Shown: in pieces, positions 36,178 to 52,179 of the stretch
Layout of the letters: each line of letters begins with the position of its first letter
Numbering within the stretch: position 1 is the stretch's first letter
Source: Spirochaetaceae bacterium
GTDB taxonomy: Bacteria > Spirochaetota > Spirochaetia > DSM-27196 > PXBQ01
Direction of reading: 5' to 3'
DNA length: 64,000 nucleotides
Assembly: GCA_007695285.1 (NCBI GenBank)
Contig: REEC01000123.1
Span: 3,351-67,350, forward strand
The notes under the pieces: model-generated
Told to the model about the DNA's origin: nothing
Database searches by the model: none
The model's input: only the letters and a program-made list of their open reading frames with translations
Made by a program: the position numbers and the translations under genes

Positions 36178-37676
36178 CAGTCGCGCCTGAACTCGCGAAG
36201 ACGTTCCACCGCGAGACGCGTTTCGATCAGCCCTGGGTAGTTGCTGCGTTCGACTTCGAGATACAAGGTCTGCGCGAGCCTGGTACGCTCGATCAAGTCG
36301 TAGTACGCAGCGAGGTAGAACGTCATCCGTGCCTTCCGGAACGGGTCCCTTTCATCGTTGATCCGTCGCGTCGCGATCGCGTCGTACCCCGACTCGACGA
36401 TTGCGCGCCCGAGATGGTACTCGAGAGAGTCGCGCGGCATGTCGTTCACGATTTCTCGCATGTAACGGCGAGCGGCCGCGATGCCGTCGTCGGTTCGTCC
36501 CAAAGATAGAGCCGTCAGCAGCCCGAACGTATGTTCGCTCCGATTGTGTCGATACGCGTCCCGAAAAGCCTGCGCAGCTTCGGACCAGCGGTTTTCGATG
36601 TAGTACAAAGTGCCCAACGGCGCCAGAGCCGGATAATACTCGGGGTTCATGGCGAGCGCCGTCTCGAAGTCATCGATCGCGGCAGCCCGACGCCCGACCC
36701 GGTCGAGTACACGCGCTCGGTACACGTACAGCAGAAACACGTCCGGCAGACTCTCGATCGCCCGGTCAAAATCCTCGATCGAGTCGTCGAACTGCCCCAT
36801 TTCTGCCCGGAGGCGTCCGCGGTCGACGTAGTTCCAGGCAAAATCGGGTTCAAGATCGATCGCACGGTCGAGATCCCGATGCGCAGCGTCGAGCTCGTAC
36901 AGCCGAACGAGCGCACGGCTGCGGTCGACGTACACGAACGGTGAATCCGGTTCGATCTCGATCGCACGCGTGAAAGAGCTCTTCGCTTCCTGGTAGCGTT
37001 CCCGGCGCAGCTGGACGTTTCCCAACCCGACGTGAGCGACAACGTTCTCCGGATCGATCGTAGCGCTTTTCTGGAACGCCTCGGCGGCGCGGTCGAGCCG
37101 GCGCTGTTGCAGCAACATCTCGCCGATCGCGGCGTGGCCGCGCGCGTTCTCAGGGTCGACCGCGACAACGGTCATGAGAAGCTGCTCCTGAAGCGCACGG
37201 TTTCCGAAATGCCCTGCGAGCAACGCACGAGCAAACATCGCGTCGATGTTGTCCGGGTCGGACTCGATCACAGAGTCGAACAACCGCGCCGCGTCATCAA
37301 GGGCGCCGGCCGCGACCATCAGGTTGCCGAGAAGCACTCGCGTCGCCGGATCATCGGGATCCTCGAGTTCGGCAGCCCGGTACGCGGCGATCGCAGCCTC
37401 GGGATCGCCCGACAGGACGTACAGACTGATACTCTCGTACACGTCGGGAACCGGGTCTTCCTCCGGGATCACGGGGGGCTCAACCGGGATTGCAGCGACA
37501 TCCTGCTCGACGATCGCCGGGATATCCGCGTCGAGTTCCGGATCATCGGGGGCTCGCCCGATCATCGCGCACGTCGAGAAAACGAAAACCATCACGGCGA
37601 CTGCCGCAACCTTACTGGTGAGCCGTGCCGGGCACAGACGATGAGAATACGTGGGGTCACACGCTAAAATACTCAT
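36177..37676 (-). CDS. TPR-repeat lipoprotein
   Basis: Lipobox VFSTC. Many 34-residue TPR-like repeats (A...Y..A...DP....A). Confidence 0.8.
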   Translation of the reverse strand: MSILACDPTYSHRLCPARLTSKVAAVAVMVFVFSTCAMIGRAPDDPELDADIPAIVEQDVAAIPVEPPVIPEEDPVPDVYESISLYVLSGDPEAAIAAYRAAELEDPDDPATRVLLGNLMVAAGALDDAARLFDSVIESDPDNIDAMFARALLAGHFGNRALQEQLLMTVVAVDPENARGHAAIGEMLLQQRRLDRAAEAFQKSATIDPENVVAHVGLGNVQLRRERYQEAKSSFTRAIEIEPDSPFVYVDRSRALVRLYELDAAHRDLDRAIDLEPDFAWNYVDRGRLRAEMGQFDDSIEDFDRAIESLPDVFLLYVYRARVLDRVGRRAAAIDDFETALAMNPEYYPALAPLGTLYYIENRWSEAAQAFRDAYRHNRSEHTFGLLTALSLGRTDDGIAAARRYMREIVNDMPRDSLEYHLGRAIVESGYDAIATRRINDERDPFRKARMTFYLAAYYDLIERTRLAQTLYLEVERSNYPGLIETRLAVERLREFRRD

Positions 37677-37721
37677 ACGGTCATTTCTTATGCAATCTCG
37701 TTCGATCTACGCCTGACGGTC

Positions 37722-37961
37722 TCAGACACGAGCTTTCGCTTCGTATCCGATATCTTTGAGAGCCGCGACCATCGCCTCAACGCCCGCGGGTGACTTCGAG
37801 TCGAGCACGACGGTCACCTCTTTTTCGCTTGAGTTCGGTTTGCACGAAACCACGCCCGGAACAAACGACAAGGCCGTCTCGACCTTTTTCTCGCAGTGTT
37901 CACAGTTCATGTTTGCGACTTCGAGCACCATATTGTTCTTCTTTGACCCAAAAATACCCAT
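37722..37961 (-). CDS. heavy-metal-associated (HMA) domain protein
   Basis: MxCxxC motif (NMNCEHC) in a ~70-aa ferredoxin-like domain. GGAGGA SD before ATG 37961. The longer ORF to 38252 is rejected. Confidence 0.8.
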   Translation of the reverse strand: MGIFGSKKNNMVLEVANMNCEHCEKKVETALSFVPGVVSCKPNSSEKEVTVVLDSKSPAGVEAMVAALKDIGYEAKARV

Positions 37962-37993
37962 TTTTGTCCTCCGCTCGGAAAATCCGGCGATCG

Positions 37994-38989
37994 TCACACA
38001 ACCACCGTCAGCGTTACAATACCAAACATAACAATAAATGTCGCGCCCGCGAGTTCGATCGCATGGACGACGACACCCCCGAGAGCGTTGCCCGTCCATC
38101 GCACAATGCGTTCTTTCAGTACGATCGTCAAGATCGCTATCGCCGACAACGCCACACCAAGCCCAAGCGACATCGCGATGATCGAGATCAGCCCGGTCTG
38201 CACGAGACCGAGCGACAACGCAAAGAGAAGCAGCATCGTCGAACCCGGACACGGAACCATACCGGTCGACAACACGATCGCGAAAAACTTCGCTTGAGAC
38301 ACCGAGGGAAGGTGCCCGCGAAGCTGCTCACGACGCGTCATCCCGAACGTCTCGTTGAGCCGTTTGAGCGCTGCATCGTGACGCGCCCGAATCAGCGTTC
38401 GAACCTTCGCCACGACAAACACGCTGCCGACCGCAAGAATCAACACCGAGCTCACGATCTGGAGCGTACGTGTCACACTCCCCAACGACGCACCGAACGA
38501 AGCGCCGGTCGAGAGGTAAATTCCGATAAAAATCAGCACCGCCGAGACCGCGTGAAGCCCCGCAAAAAGAAAGCCCGCGAATACACCGTGCGTCCACGGA
38601 GCAGACTGAGAAATGTAGTACGACACAATAACCGATTTCCGGTGGCCCGGTAGAAACGAGTGTAGAACACCGTAAAAAAAAGCGACCACAACGATACTCA
38701 CAACGCCAAACGGCCCCGACTCCGCTTCCTCCGCACGTCTGAGGAACCCCGAGAGTCGAGCATTCAATACGCGTTGCTGTTCGACAAGCCATCGCGTCAA
38801 CGCCGGAAAGACGCCGGGGCCGGTCGGCTCGGGACCGCGCGCGGACCTCTCGCCGGTACTCTCCGCGGGCCCGGGCGAGTAAAACGGATTCGGTTGCGCG
38901 GCGAGGGTTCCCGCGGCAACCACGAGAATCACCGCTGCTATGATCACCCTTCGGGAAACACCGGTGCCCTTGGATGCGATTACCCTCAC
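37994..38989 (-). CDS. RcnA/NicO-like (COG2215) metal transporter permease
   Basis: [11 protein letters not shown] resembles the RcnA HxxxPGHGK motif. VPCPGS motif. Six or more TM segments. GTG 38989 forms a GTGA overlap with the upstream stop. The ORF track start is 39016. Confidence 0.65.
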   Translation of the reverse strand: MRVIASKGTGVSRRVIIAAVILVVAAGTLAAQPNPFYSPGPAESTGERSARGPEPTGPGVFPALTRWLVEQQRVLNARLSGFLRRAEEAESGPFGVVSIVVVAFFYGVLHSFLPGHRKSVIVSYYISQSAPWTHGVFAGFLFAGLHAVSAVLIFIGIYLSTGASFGASLGSVTRTLQIVSSVLILAVGSVFVVAKVRTLIRARHDAALKRLNETFGMTRREQLRGHLPSVSQAKFFAIVLSTGMVPCPGSTMLLLFALSLGLVQTGLISIIAMSLGLGVALSAIAILTIVLKERIVRWTGNALGGVVVHAIELAGATFIVMFGIVTLTVVV

Positions 38990-39951
38990 GCCGCTCCCCG
39001 GCGGACGGTGATACACCTACGTAGCCGTTCATCCAAATCGTCCGGGTCGAAGTCTCGCCCGATGAAAACTATAACCGACTCGGCCGGTTCGTCGCGTCGT
39101 TTCTTCCTCGTCTCGATTTCGCGGCGTATCCCGACTATCTGAAGTACGTGTCGGTACCGACTGCGTGTCCGGTCGGCGAACGTCAAGACGCCTTTCGCGC
39201 GGATGACTCCTTCCGGCAGTTCGTCCAGCACATCGCGGAGACGCGAAGCGTCGATCGGGTCGGAACTCGAAAAGACGAGAGACACCACCTCGTCGTGCGA
39301 GTGTTCATGAGCTTCCGCCGCGGCCGGCGACCGTAGCGGGTGTAACCCAGAAGGCACGACGTACGGACGAAGGTCGACGCGCGAATCGAGCGCGACGAGC
39401 GGGACCGACGGTGCAATATCGGAAATCCTGCGCTCGACCGATCGGCGATACCCTTCGGACGTATCGGCAAGTTTCGAGAGGAAAACGACGTCGGCGTACG
39501 CGACCTGGCTTGTTGCAACCCCGTAGACCTCGCAGTCGTCAATAAACCGTCCGACATCAACGAGACAGAAGATTCCGTTCAGGACGTACTCGGTTTCGTG
39601 CGCAAGAAAGACCTGTGCGATCGGAACCGGGTCGGACAGTCCCGAAGCCTCGACGAGCAGGTGATCGATTTTCTCGCGTCGTGAACTCAACGTGCGTACG
39701 GCGCGCATCAAGTCGCTCTTGACGACACAACACATGCACCCATTCGGGAACTCGATGATCTCGTCGTCGTGAGTTTCGATTATCCGGCTTTCTATCGGGA
39801 CGTCGCCGAATTCGTTCACGATCAGCCCGAATCGGGTGCCGGTATTCTCGCGCAGGATTCGGTTGATCAGGGTGCTCTTCCCAGATCCGAGAAAACCCGT
39901 GAAAATCGTGACCGGGAGCCGTGTATCGAGCGTCGCATAGTCTACGTTCAT
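38986..39951 (-). CDS. COG0523-family G3E GTPase (CobW/ZigA/YeiR-like metallochaperone)
   Basis: Walker [11 protein letters not shown]. CxCC motif (GCMCCVV). His-rich stretch EAHEHSHDE. Confidence 0.9.
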   Translation of the reverse strand: MNVDYATLDTRLPVTIFTGFLGSGKSTLINRILRENTGTRFGLIVNEFGDVPIESRIIETHDDEIIEFPNGCMCCVVKSDLMRAVRTLSSRREKIDHLLVEASGLSDPVPIAQVFLAHETEYVLNGIFCLVDVGRFIDDCEVYGVATSQVAYADVVFLSKLADTSEGYRRSVERRISDIAPSVPLVALDSRVDLRPYVVPSGLHPLRSPAAAEAHEHSHDEVVSLVFSSSDPIDASRLRDVLDELPEGVIRAKGVLTFADRTRSRYRHVLQIVGIRREIETRKKRRDEPAESVIVFIGRDFDPDDLDERLRRCITVRRGAA

Positions 39952-39953
39952 AG

Positions 39954-46581
<6,628 letters not shown>

Positions 46582-46600
46582 GCGAATGCCCGACGGCGGT

Positions 46601-47335
46601 TTATCGCCGGCGATACTCACGCGCGGCGCGTTTTGCCGCCGCGCTAGCCTTTTCGGTCTCGAAACGTAGCGTCTCGAGCAGCTCGGTCTCGTTACCCCGG
46701 TACGTCGGCGGTATCACGATCGGATCACCGAACACGATGTAACACCGACTGAACGGAAGGGGGACCTCGAAAGCGTCCCACCGCTTCCCGAACTGAAACG
46801 ATCGGGTGTAATACGCGCCGGTGGGGATTATGGGAAGCCCACTCCGCGCGGCGATATGAAGGATGCCGGGCTTCGGGATCCGCGGGGGCCCGGCAGGGCC
46901 GTCCATCGCGATCGAACCGTCGTGGCCTTGACGCAGATAACGGACAAACCCGAGCACCCCCCGTTCGCTCTTTCTTGGTCGCTGCCCCGTGCTGATTCGA
47001 AAATCGCGAAACCCGAAGTGATTTAAAACTCCCGCAAGGACGTCCCCCCGCCACGAATCCTCGACGAGAGCCGAGCCACCCTGGTGGCGGTACCAGAAGA
47101 TATTGACCGTAGACATCCCGTGCCAGACGCCGAAAATCACGTGTTTGCCTTCGCGATGGTACCGGCGGAATCGTTCGGTTGGTTCAGCGACAACGCGATT
47201 GGTCGAACCCAGAAAACGATACAGGACGATAAAAATCGTACGGAACACGAGCGTCGACGGTCGGACCATTGCTTCGATTCTAATCGTGATCGACTCGGCG
47301 CACAAGAGACGTACGGCGCCACACGACGGTTTCAT
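46601..47335 (-). CDS. DUF374 / lysophospholipid acyltransferase-like protein
   Basis: VWHG...GGSALVEDSWRGD...IAMDGPAGP pattern. ATGA overlap with the upstream MFS stop. Confidence 0.65.
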   Translation of the reverse strand: MKPSCGAVRLLCAESITIRIEAMVRPSTLVFRTIFIVLYRFLGSTNRVVAEPTERFRRYHREGKHVIFGVWHGMSTVNIFWYRHQGGSALVEDSWRGDVLAGVLNHFGFRDFRISTGQRPRKSERGVLGFVRYLRQGHDGSIAMDGPAGPPRIPKPGILHIAARSGLPIIPTGAYYTRSFQFGKRWDAFEVPLPFSRCYIVFGDPIVIPPTYRGNETELLETLRFETEKASAAAKRAAREYRRR

Positions 47336-48741
47336 TCTTCAGTGCCGTGCAGCCCGGGCACGTGACGCGTCAACCCGAGCGCCGCGAGCGCACCAATCAG
47401 ACTCACGACGAGGTAGAACCAGAAGACACGCGAGTACGCCGGGTACGTGGCGCCGAGAGAGGCGATTCCCGAGGCGAGTACGACGCCGCCGACGGCCGTG
47501 CCGATCATCGCACCGCCAAACCGAACCATGCTGTACAAACCGGCCGCGGTCGCCGAGCGGTCACCCGGAACGCCGGCGAGCGCAAAAATGTGCAGCGCGG
47601 CGAGGCAGAAGCCTGCACCGAGCCCGTGAAAGACGATCACGACGACGAAGTACACGATTCCGGCGCCCGGCGGCATCACCGCGAACGCGACCATCGCAGC
47701 CGACTCGATCAACAGGCCGGCGACGATCTGCATTCTGCTCTTCCAGCGGTCGATCCAGTACCCGCCGAGACGCATCGTGACGAGCAGAGCTGCCGCGTGC
47801 AGCATGAGGACTAACCCGGTCGCCGCGGCGGAGAATCCGAAAAGGTCGGTCACGAGCAACGGCGCGATGAACGCTATGCCGCCCATCAGCGCCATACGCA
47901 TCCCGACGCTGATCGAAGCAAACGTGAAGTTTCGATTCCGGAAGAGGCGCAGATCGACGAAAGGGTTCGCACGCCGGCGTTCCCAAAAGAAAAAACCGAC
48001 TCCGGCAACTAGAAATCCGCCCAAAAGTCGAATATCGGTCAGCGGAGCGAGTCCCGTGATAGGACGGCTCGACGTGTAGAACACGAGAAACGTCGCACAG
48101 AGACTCAACAAAAGAACCCCGATCCAATCGAACGACCGGATCACCGCCGGTGCGCTCTCCGTCGACGTGCCGGGAGTCCTCGGCACGAGGCGAAACGAAA
48201 GATACACGGCGAACACACCGATCACGAACGCGGGCACAAGGATAGAGCGCCACCCGAGCGAGTCGATCATCGTGCCGGCGATCAGAGGACCGATTATGCC
48301 CGAGATCGGGCCGATCGAGTTCCACGTGCCGAGCGCGTTTCCTCGTTTTTCCGGCGGAGCGTGCTCGATGATGATCGCCATCGACAAAGGATTGATCCCT
48401 GCGGCCCCCGCGCCCTGAATCGCACGCGCAACGAAAATCCATGTGAGACTCGGGGCGAACAACACGCCGAGACTACCGACGATAAACACGACGATGCCCG
48501 CGATGAAGAGAGTCTTTTTCCCGATCCCATCGCCGAGGCGACCGTACACGGGCATAAAGACCATGAACGGAAGCGTATACGCGATCACGGTCCACGACGT
48601 CACATCTGCAGTCAACGCGAACTCAAGGCGGATGCTCGGAATCGCGACCGCAAACATCGCCATCGTCGTGATCACGAGAAAAGTCGGGGCCATAAGAGCG
48701 GGTACGAGTCGTGAAAGAGGAACGGCTCGCGGTTCAGGCAT
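47332..48741 (-). CDS. MFS transporter (14-TM DHA2-like)
   Basis: Hydrophobic 469-aa product from ATG 48741 (MPEPRAV...). MFS motif GRLGDGIGKK. The upstream 128 codons of ORF 47332..49125 are Arg-rich and overlap the ABC gene. Confidence 0.85.
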   Translation of the reverse strand: MPEPRAVPLSRLVPALMAPTFLVITTMAMFAVAIPSIRLEFALTADVTSWTVIAYTLPFMVFMPVYGRLGDGIGKKTLFIAGIVVFIVGSLGVLFAPSLTWIFVARAIQGAGAAGINPLSMAIIIEHAPPEKRGNALGTWNSIGPISGIIGPLIAGTMIDSLGWRSILVPAFVIGVFAVYLSFRLVPRTPGTSTESAPAVIRSFDWIGVLLLSLCATFLVFYTSSRPITGLAPLTDIRLLGGFLVAGVGFFFWERRRANPFVDLRLFRNRNFTFASISVGMRMALMGGIAFIAPLLVTDLFGFSAAATGLVLMLHAAALLVTMRLGGYWIDRWKSRMQIVAGLLIESAAMVAFAVMPPGAGIVYFVVVIVFHGLGAGFCLAALHIFALAGVPGDRSATAAGLYSMVRFGGAMIGTAVGGVVLASGIASLGATYPAYSRVFWFYLVVSLIGALAALGLTRHVPGLHGTEE

Positions 48742-49817
48742 CAGGCGTATACCTCGTGGAGCTTGTGGTAAATTCCGCCGAGAGAGACGAGATCGTCGTG
48801 GGTACCCGACTCTGCGATGCCGCCCTCGTCGAGCACGACGATGATGTCGGCTTTGCGGATCGTCGAAAGCCGGTGCGCGACGATGATCGTCGTGCGCCCT
48901 TCCATGACGTGCTCGAGAGCTTGCTGAATCAGCTTCTCGGTCTCGGTATCGACGGCCGACGTCGCTTCGTCGAGAATCAGAATCGGCTTGTCGGCGAGCA
49001 GAGCGCGCGCGATCGCGATGCGCTGTTTCTGACCGCCCGACAGCTTCACACCGCGTTCGCCGATCACCGTGTCGTATCCTTCGGTCAACTTGACGATGAA
49101 CTCCTCGGCGTTCGCCGCGCGGCACGCATCAACCACCTGCTCGTCGGTCGCGTCGGGTCGCGCAAACAGTACGTTCTCCTTGATAGTCCCGTGGAAGAGA
49201 AAAACGTCCTGGAGCACCATCCCGATCTGCGAGCGCAGCGCGGGTAGCTTCAGCATCCGCGTATCGATGCCGTCGAGCAGAATTCTCCCGTCGACCGGAT
49301 CGTAGAACCGCGAGATCAGCGCGGCCATCGTCGTCTTTCCGACGCCGGTCGGTCCGACGAGTGCGGCCGATGCCCCGGCCGGGACGGTCAGAGTGACGTC
49401 CGCCAAAACAGGAACACCCGGAACGTAATGAAACGAAACGTTCTCAAAAGTCAACTCGCCGTGAGCCCGCCCGGTCTGCCGGTTTTCGTAGAACCTGAGC
49501 GAGAGCCGCTGCAGGTGCGAATACAGGCCCGACCGGACGTCCGCGACGACACCCCACCCCGCGACGTGTGCCGCGTAGCTGCGGATGAAAGTGAAAACGG
49601 CGCGCGCGGCAAAAACGCCAAGGCCGAGAAGCGCGAGCTGTCCGACCCGCGCGAACGCCTCCTCTGAGACGCCGTCGGTTACAAGACCGATCATCTCGCG
49701 AACGATCCATGGAGCGAACAGCTGAACGATCACGAGCATCATCATCGAAAACACGGTCAGGAGCAGAGAGCCCTTGTACTTGATCGCGTACGACCACAGG
49801 AACTTCAATGTTTTCAT
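48741..49817 (-). CDS. ABC exporter-type ATPase with truncated membrane domain (TM1-TM2 only)
   Basis: Complete NBD (GPTGVGKTT, LSGGQKQR, ILILDEATSAVD, AHRLST). Only ~116 aa of the type-I exporter TMD precede it. Its stop overlaps the MFS start (TGATG). Confidence 0.8.
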   Translation of the reverse strand: MKTLKFLWSYAIKYKGSLLLTVFSMMMLVIVQLFAPWIVREMIGLVTDGVSEEAFARVGQLALLGLGVFAARAVFTFIRSYAAHVAGWGVVADVRSGLYSHLQRLSLRFYENRQTGRAHGELTFENVSFHYVPGVPVLADVTLTVPAGASAALVGPTGVGKTTMAALISRFYDPVDGRILLDGIDTRMLKLPALRSQIGMVLQDVFLFHGTIKENVLFARPDATDEQVVDACRAANAEEFIVKLTEGYDTVIGERGVKLSGGQKQRIAIARALLADKPILILDEATSAVDTETEKLIQQALEHVMEGRTTIIVAHRLSTIRKADIIVVLDEGGIAESGTHDDLVSLGGIYHKLHEVYA

Positions 49818-49914
49818 CGCCGGACGAGTGTATCGGCTTTTTGCGGAAACGTCACGCTTCGGCTTCTCTCAAAATGAAGTTTCGGCTACAGTTATCGCGT
49901 ACGAAGGAGCCGCC

Positions 49915-52119
49915 ATGATCAAAATCGGAGCGCAGTACTATCGACCGCCGTTTCCCGAGAAACACAACTGGAACGACGACCTCGCGGAGATGAAAGCAGC
50001 AGGGCTCAACACTCTGCAGATGTGGGTAGTCTGGGCGTGGGTGGAGCCGACACCGGGTGAGTTCGTGTTCGACGACTACGACGAGATCATGGAGATAGCG
50101 CGCCGCGTCGGACTCTCGGTAGTCCTGAGCACGATCGCGGCGATCCAGCCGTACTGGATTCACCGCGAGGTTCCGGGCAGCGAGATGGTCACGGCAACAG
50201 GCCGAAAGGTCGTGTCGTCGAACAGGTGCGAGGCCCACTATGGGCTCACTCCCGGGGGCAGTATCAGCCATCCCGGCGTTTGGGAGAGAATGGCGGCTTT
50301 TTTTTCGGCCGTCGTGAATCGCTACAAGGACTGCGAGCACTTGGTCGGGTGGGACGCGTGGAACGAGCTGCGGTGGAGCGTACACGCAGGGGGCCTCGTC
50401 GACTACTCGGACGCGGCGATCACGGAGTTCCGGTTGTGGCTCGATGTGAAGTACGGCGGTTTGCCGGGCCTGAACGCCGCGTGGAAACGGCGATACCCGC
50501 GGTGGGACGACGTGCTCCCCGGGCGCGTTCCGGATCGTACGTACACCGAACTGATGGCGTTCGAACACTTCATTACGTGGCGATCGGACGAGCACGCCCG
50601 CAAGCGTTACCGACTCATAAAAGCGCTCGACCCGAACCGTCCCGTAACGGTGCACGGCGCCCAACCGACGATCCTTCACGGATCGGATCGGTTTGATGGT
50701 GGGCCGCGCGGCGAGCCGAACACGACGCTTCACCGCGGAAACGATTGGTTCCTCGCCGATCACACCGACGGAATCGGGGTCTCGAGTTTTCCGCTCTGGG
50801 GTGGAATCGAGATGGCCGACGAAGAGTTCTCGACGCGACTCGACTTTCTCAACGCGGCGGCCGGCGACAAGACGAAGTGGCTCAGCGAGCTCCAGGGCGG
50901 GCGGTCGAACATCGGTTTTACGGTCGCGCAGAGCGTTCCCGCAGCGGCGCAGCAGAGGTGGCTCTGGGAGGGCCTCAGCATTGGGGCGGACGCGATTCTG
51001 TTCTGGTGTTGGCGCGACGAGGTGTTCGGGCGTGAGTCAACGGGATTCGGGCTCGCCGGGAACGACGGTCTGCGCGAACAGCGATTCACAGGGATGCGCG
51101 AGACCGCCGCCGTGGTCGAGCGGAATCAGGACATCCTCGAGTCGTACCGTCCGGTTCAACCGCGGGTCGGGATCTTTTTCTCGCCGCAGGCGTACTACCT
51201 GTACTGGGCTCAGGAGGGTGACGCGCTTCTTCCGATGGACGCGATCCGTGGATACGCAACCGCGCTGCTCCGACGCCAAATTCCCTATACGATCGTCGAG
51301 GAGGAGCATCTCGAGCGGCTAAGCGAGCTCAAGATCCTTTTCATGCCGAGGTGCCTCGTGCTCGAGCCGGTTACAGTCGCGGCGCTCACGACGTTTGTCG
51401 AGGCGGGCGGCACGTTGGTGGTGGAGAGCGAGACCGGAGCGTTCGGCGCGAACGGCATTTACCGCTACCCCGAGCAGAGAAGTCTCGCCGAACTCACGGG
51501 CGTAAAGGAGACCGGTCGCCGGCGACTCGGCGGCACCGCGATCGGACTCGACGTCGCAGGGAACCGCCTCACGGTAGCCGCATCGCAATGGGTAACACCG
51601 ATGGCCAGGTTCGGTGACACGAGCGCCGACATTTCCGGTGACGGCCTCGTGGCGATCACCCCGCGTGGTGCCGGACGGATCGTCTCACTCGGCACGTACC
51701 TCGGCGACGCGTACTATCGGCTCGGCGGTGCCGACGCCGAGTCCGTCCGAGCCGAGTTCGAGACGTTACTCGCTATTCTTGCCGTCGAAGCAGCTGTTGT
51801 GCCTCCGGTCACGGTAGTGAAAACGACCCCGACGACTTCGGGCACCGTTGTCGTGCGTTCCGGACCGACGAAAGACGGCACGTTGGTCTTTGTTTTCCCG
51901 CCAAAGGGGACCCGGACGGTTCGTATCCGACCGGCCGACGCGCCCGGCTCAGAGTCGAGTCCCGGCAGGCGCCCACGAGTCGGCAAGAAACGCCGGCGCG
52001 TGCGAAGCGATGAAGTCAGGGACATCATCTCGGGCGCTGAGTACCGAATCAGCCGTGACGGGACGATACTCCTCGAAGACTCACGGATCGGGTTCTACGT
52101 GTTGCACGTGCCGCGGTGA
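49915..52119 (+). CDS. GH42 beta-galactosidase
   Basis: MIKIGAQYYRPPFPEKHNW... N-terminus, WDAWNE acid/base block, and trimerisation/C-terminal domains. GAAGGAG before ATG 49915. Confidence 0.85.
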   Translation: MIKIGAQYYRPPFPEKHNWNDDLAEMKAAGLNTLQMWVVWAWVEPTPGEFVFDDYDEIMEIARRVGLSVVLSTIAAIQPYWIHREVPGSEMVTATGRKVVSSNRCEAHYGLTPGGSISHPGVWERMAAFFSAVVNRYKDCEHLVGWDAWNELRWSVHAGGLVDYSDAAITEFRLWLDVKYGGLPGLNAAWKRRYPRWDDVLPGRVPDRTYTELMAFEHFITWRSDEHARKRYRLIKALDPNRPVTVHGAQPTILHGSDRFDGGPRGEPNTTLHRGNDWFLADHTDGIGVSSFPLWGGIEMADEEFSTRLDFLNAAAGDKTKWLSELQGGRSNIGFTVAQSVPAAAQQRWLWEGLSIGADAILFWCWRDEVFGRESTGFGLAGNDGLREQRFTGMRETAAVVERNQDILESYRPVQPRVGIFFSPQAYYLYWAQEGDALLPMDAIRGYATALLRRQIPYTIVEEEHLERLSELKILFMPRCLVLEPVTVAALTTFVEAGGTLVVESETGAFGANGIYRYPEQRSLAELTGVKETGRRRLGGTAIGLDVAGNRLTVAASQWVTPMARFGDTSADISGDGLVAITPRGAGRIVSLGTYLGDAYYRLGGADAESVRAEFETLLAILAVEAAVVPPVTVVKTTPTTSGTVVVRSGPTKDGTLVFVFPPKGTRTVRIRPADAPGSESSPGRRPRVGKKRRRVRSDEVRDIISGAEYRISRDGTILLEDSRIGFYVLHVPR

Positions 52120-52179
52120 CGCGGTGGGCCCAGCTCTGCGTTCAACCTTGACTGAACCTCTCAGGCATGGTACTCCCGT

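Noticed and set aside
48742-49125. N-terminal 128 codons of ORF 47332..49125
   Set aside because: The stretch is extremely Arg-rich and lies in an alternative frame of the ABC ATPase domain. The MFS protein starts sensibly at ATG 48741 (MPEPRAV...), overlapping the ABC stop.
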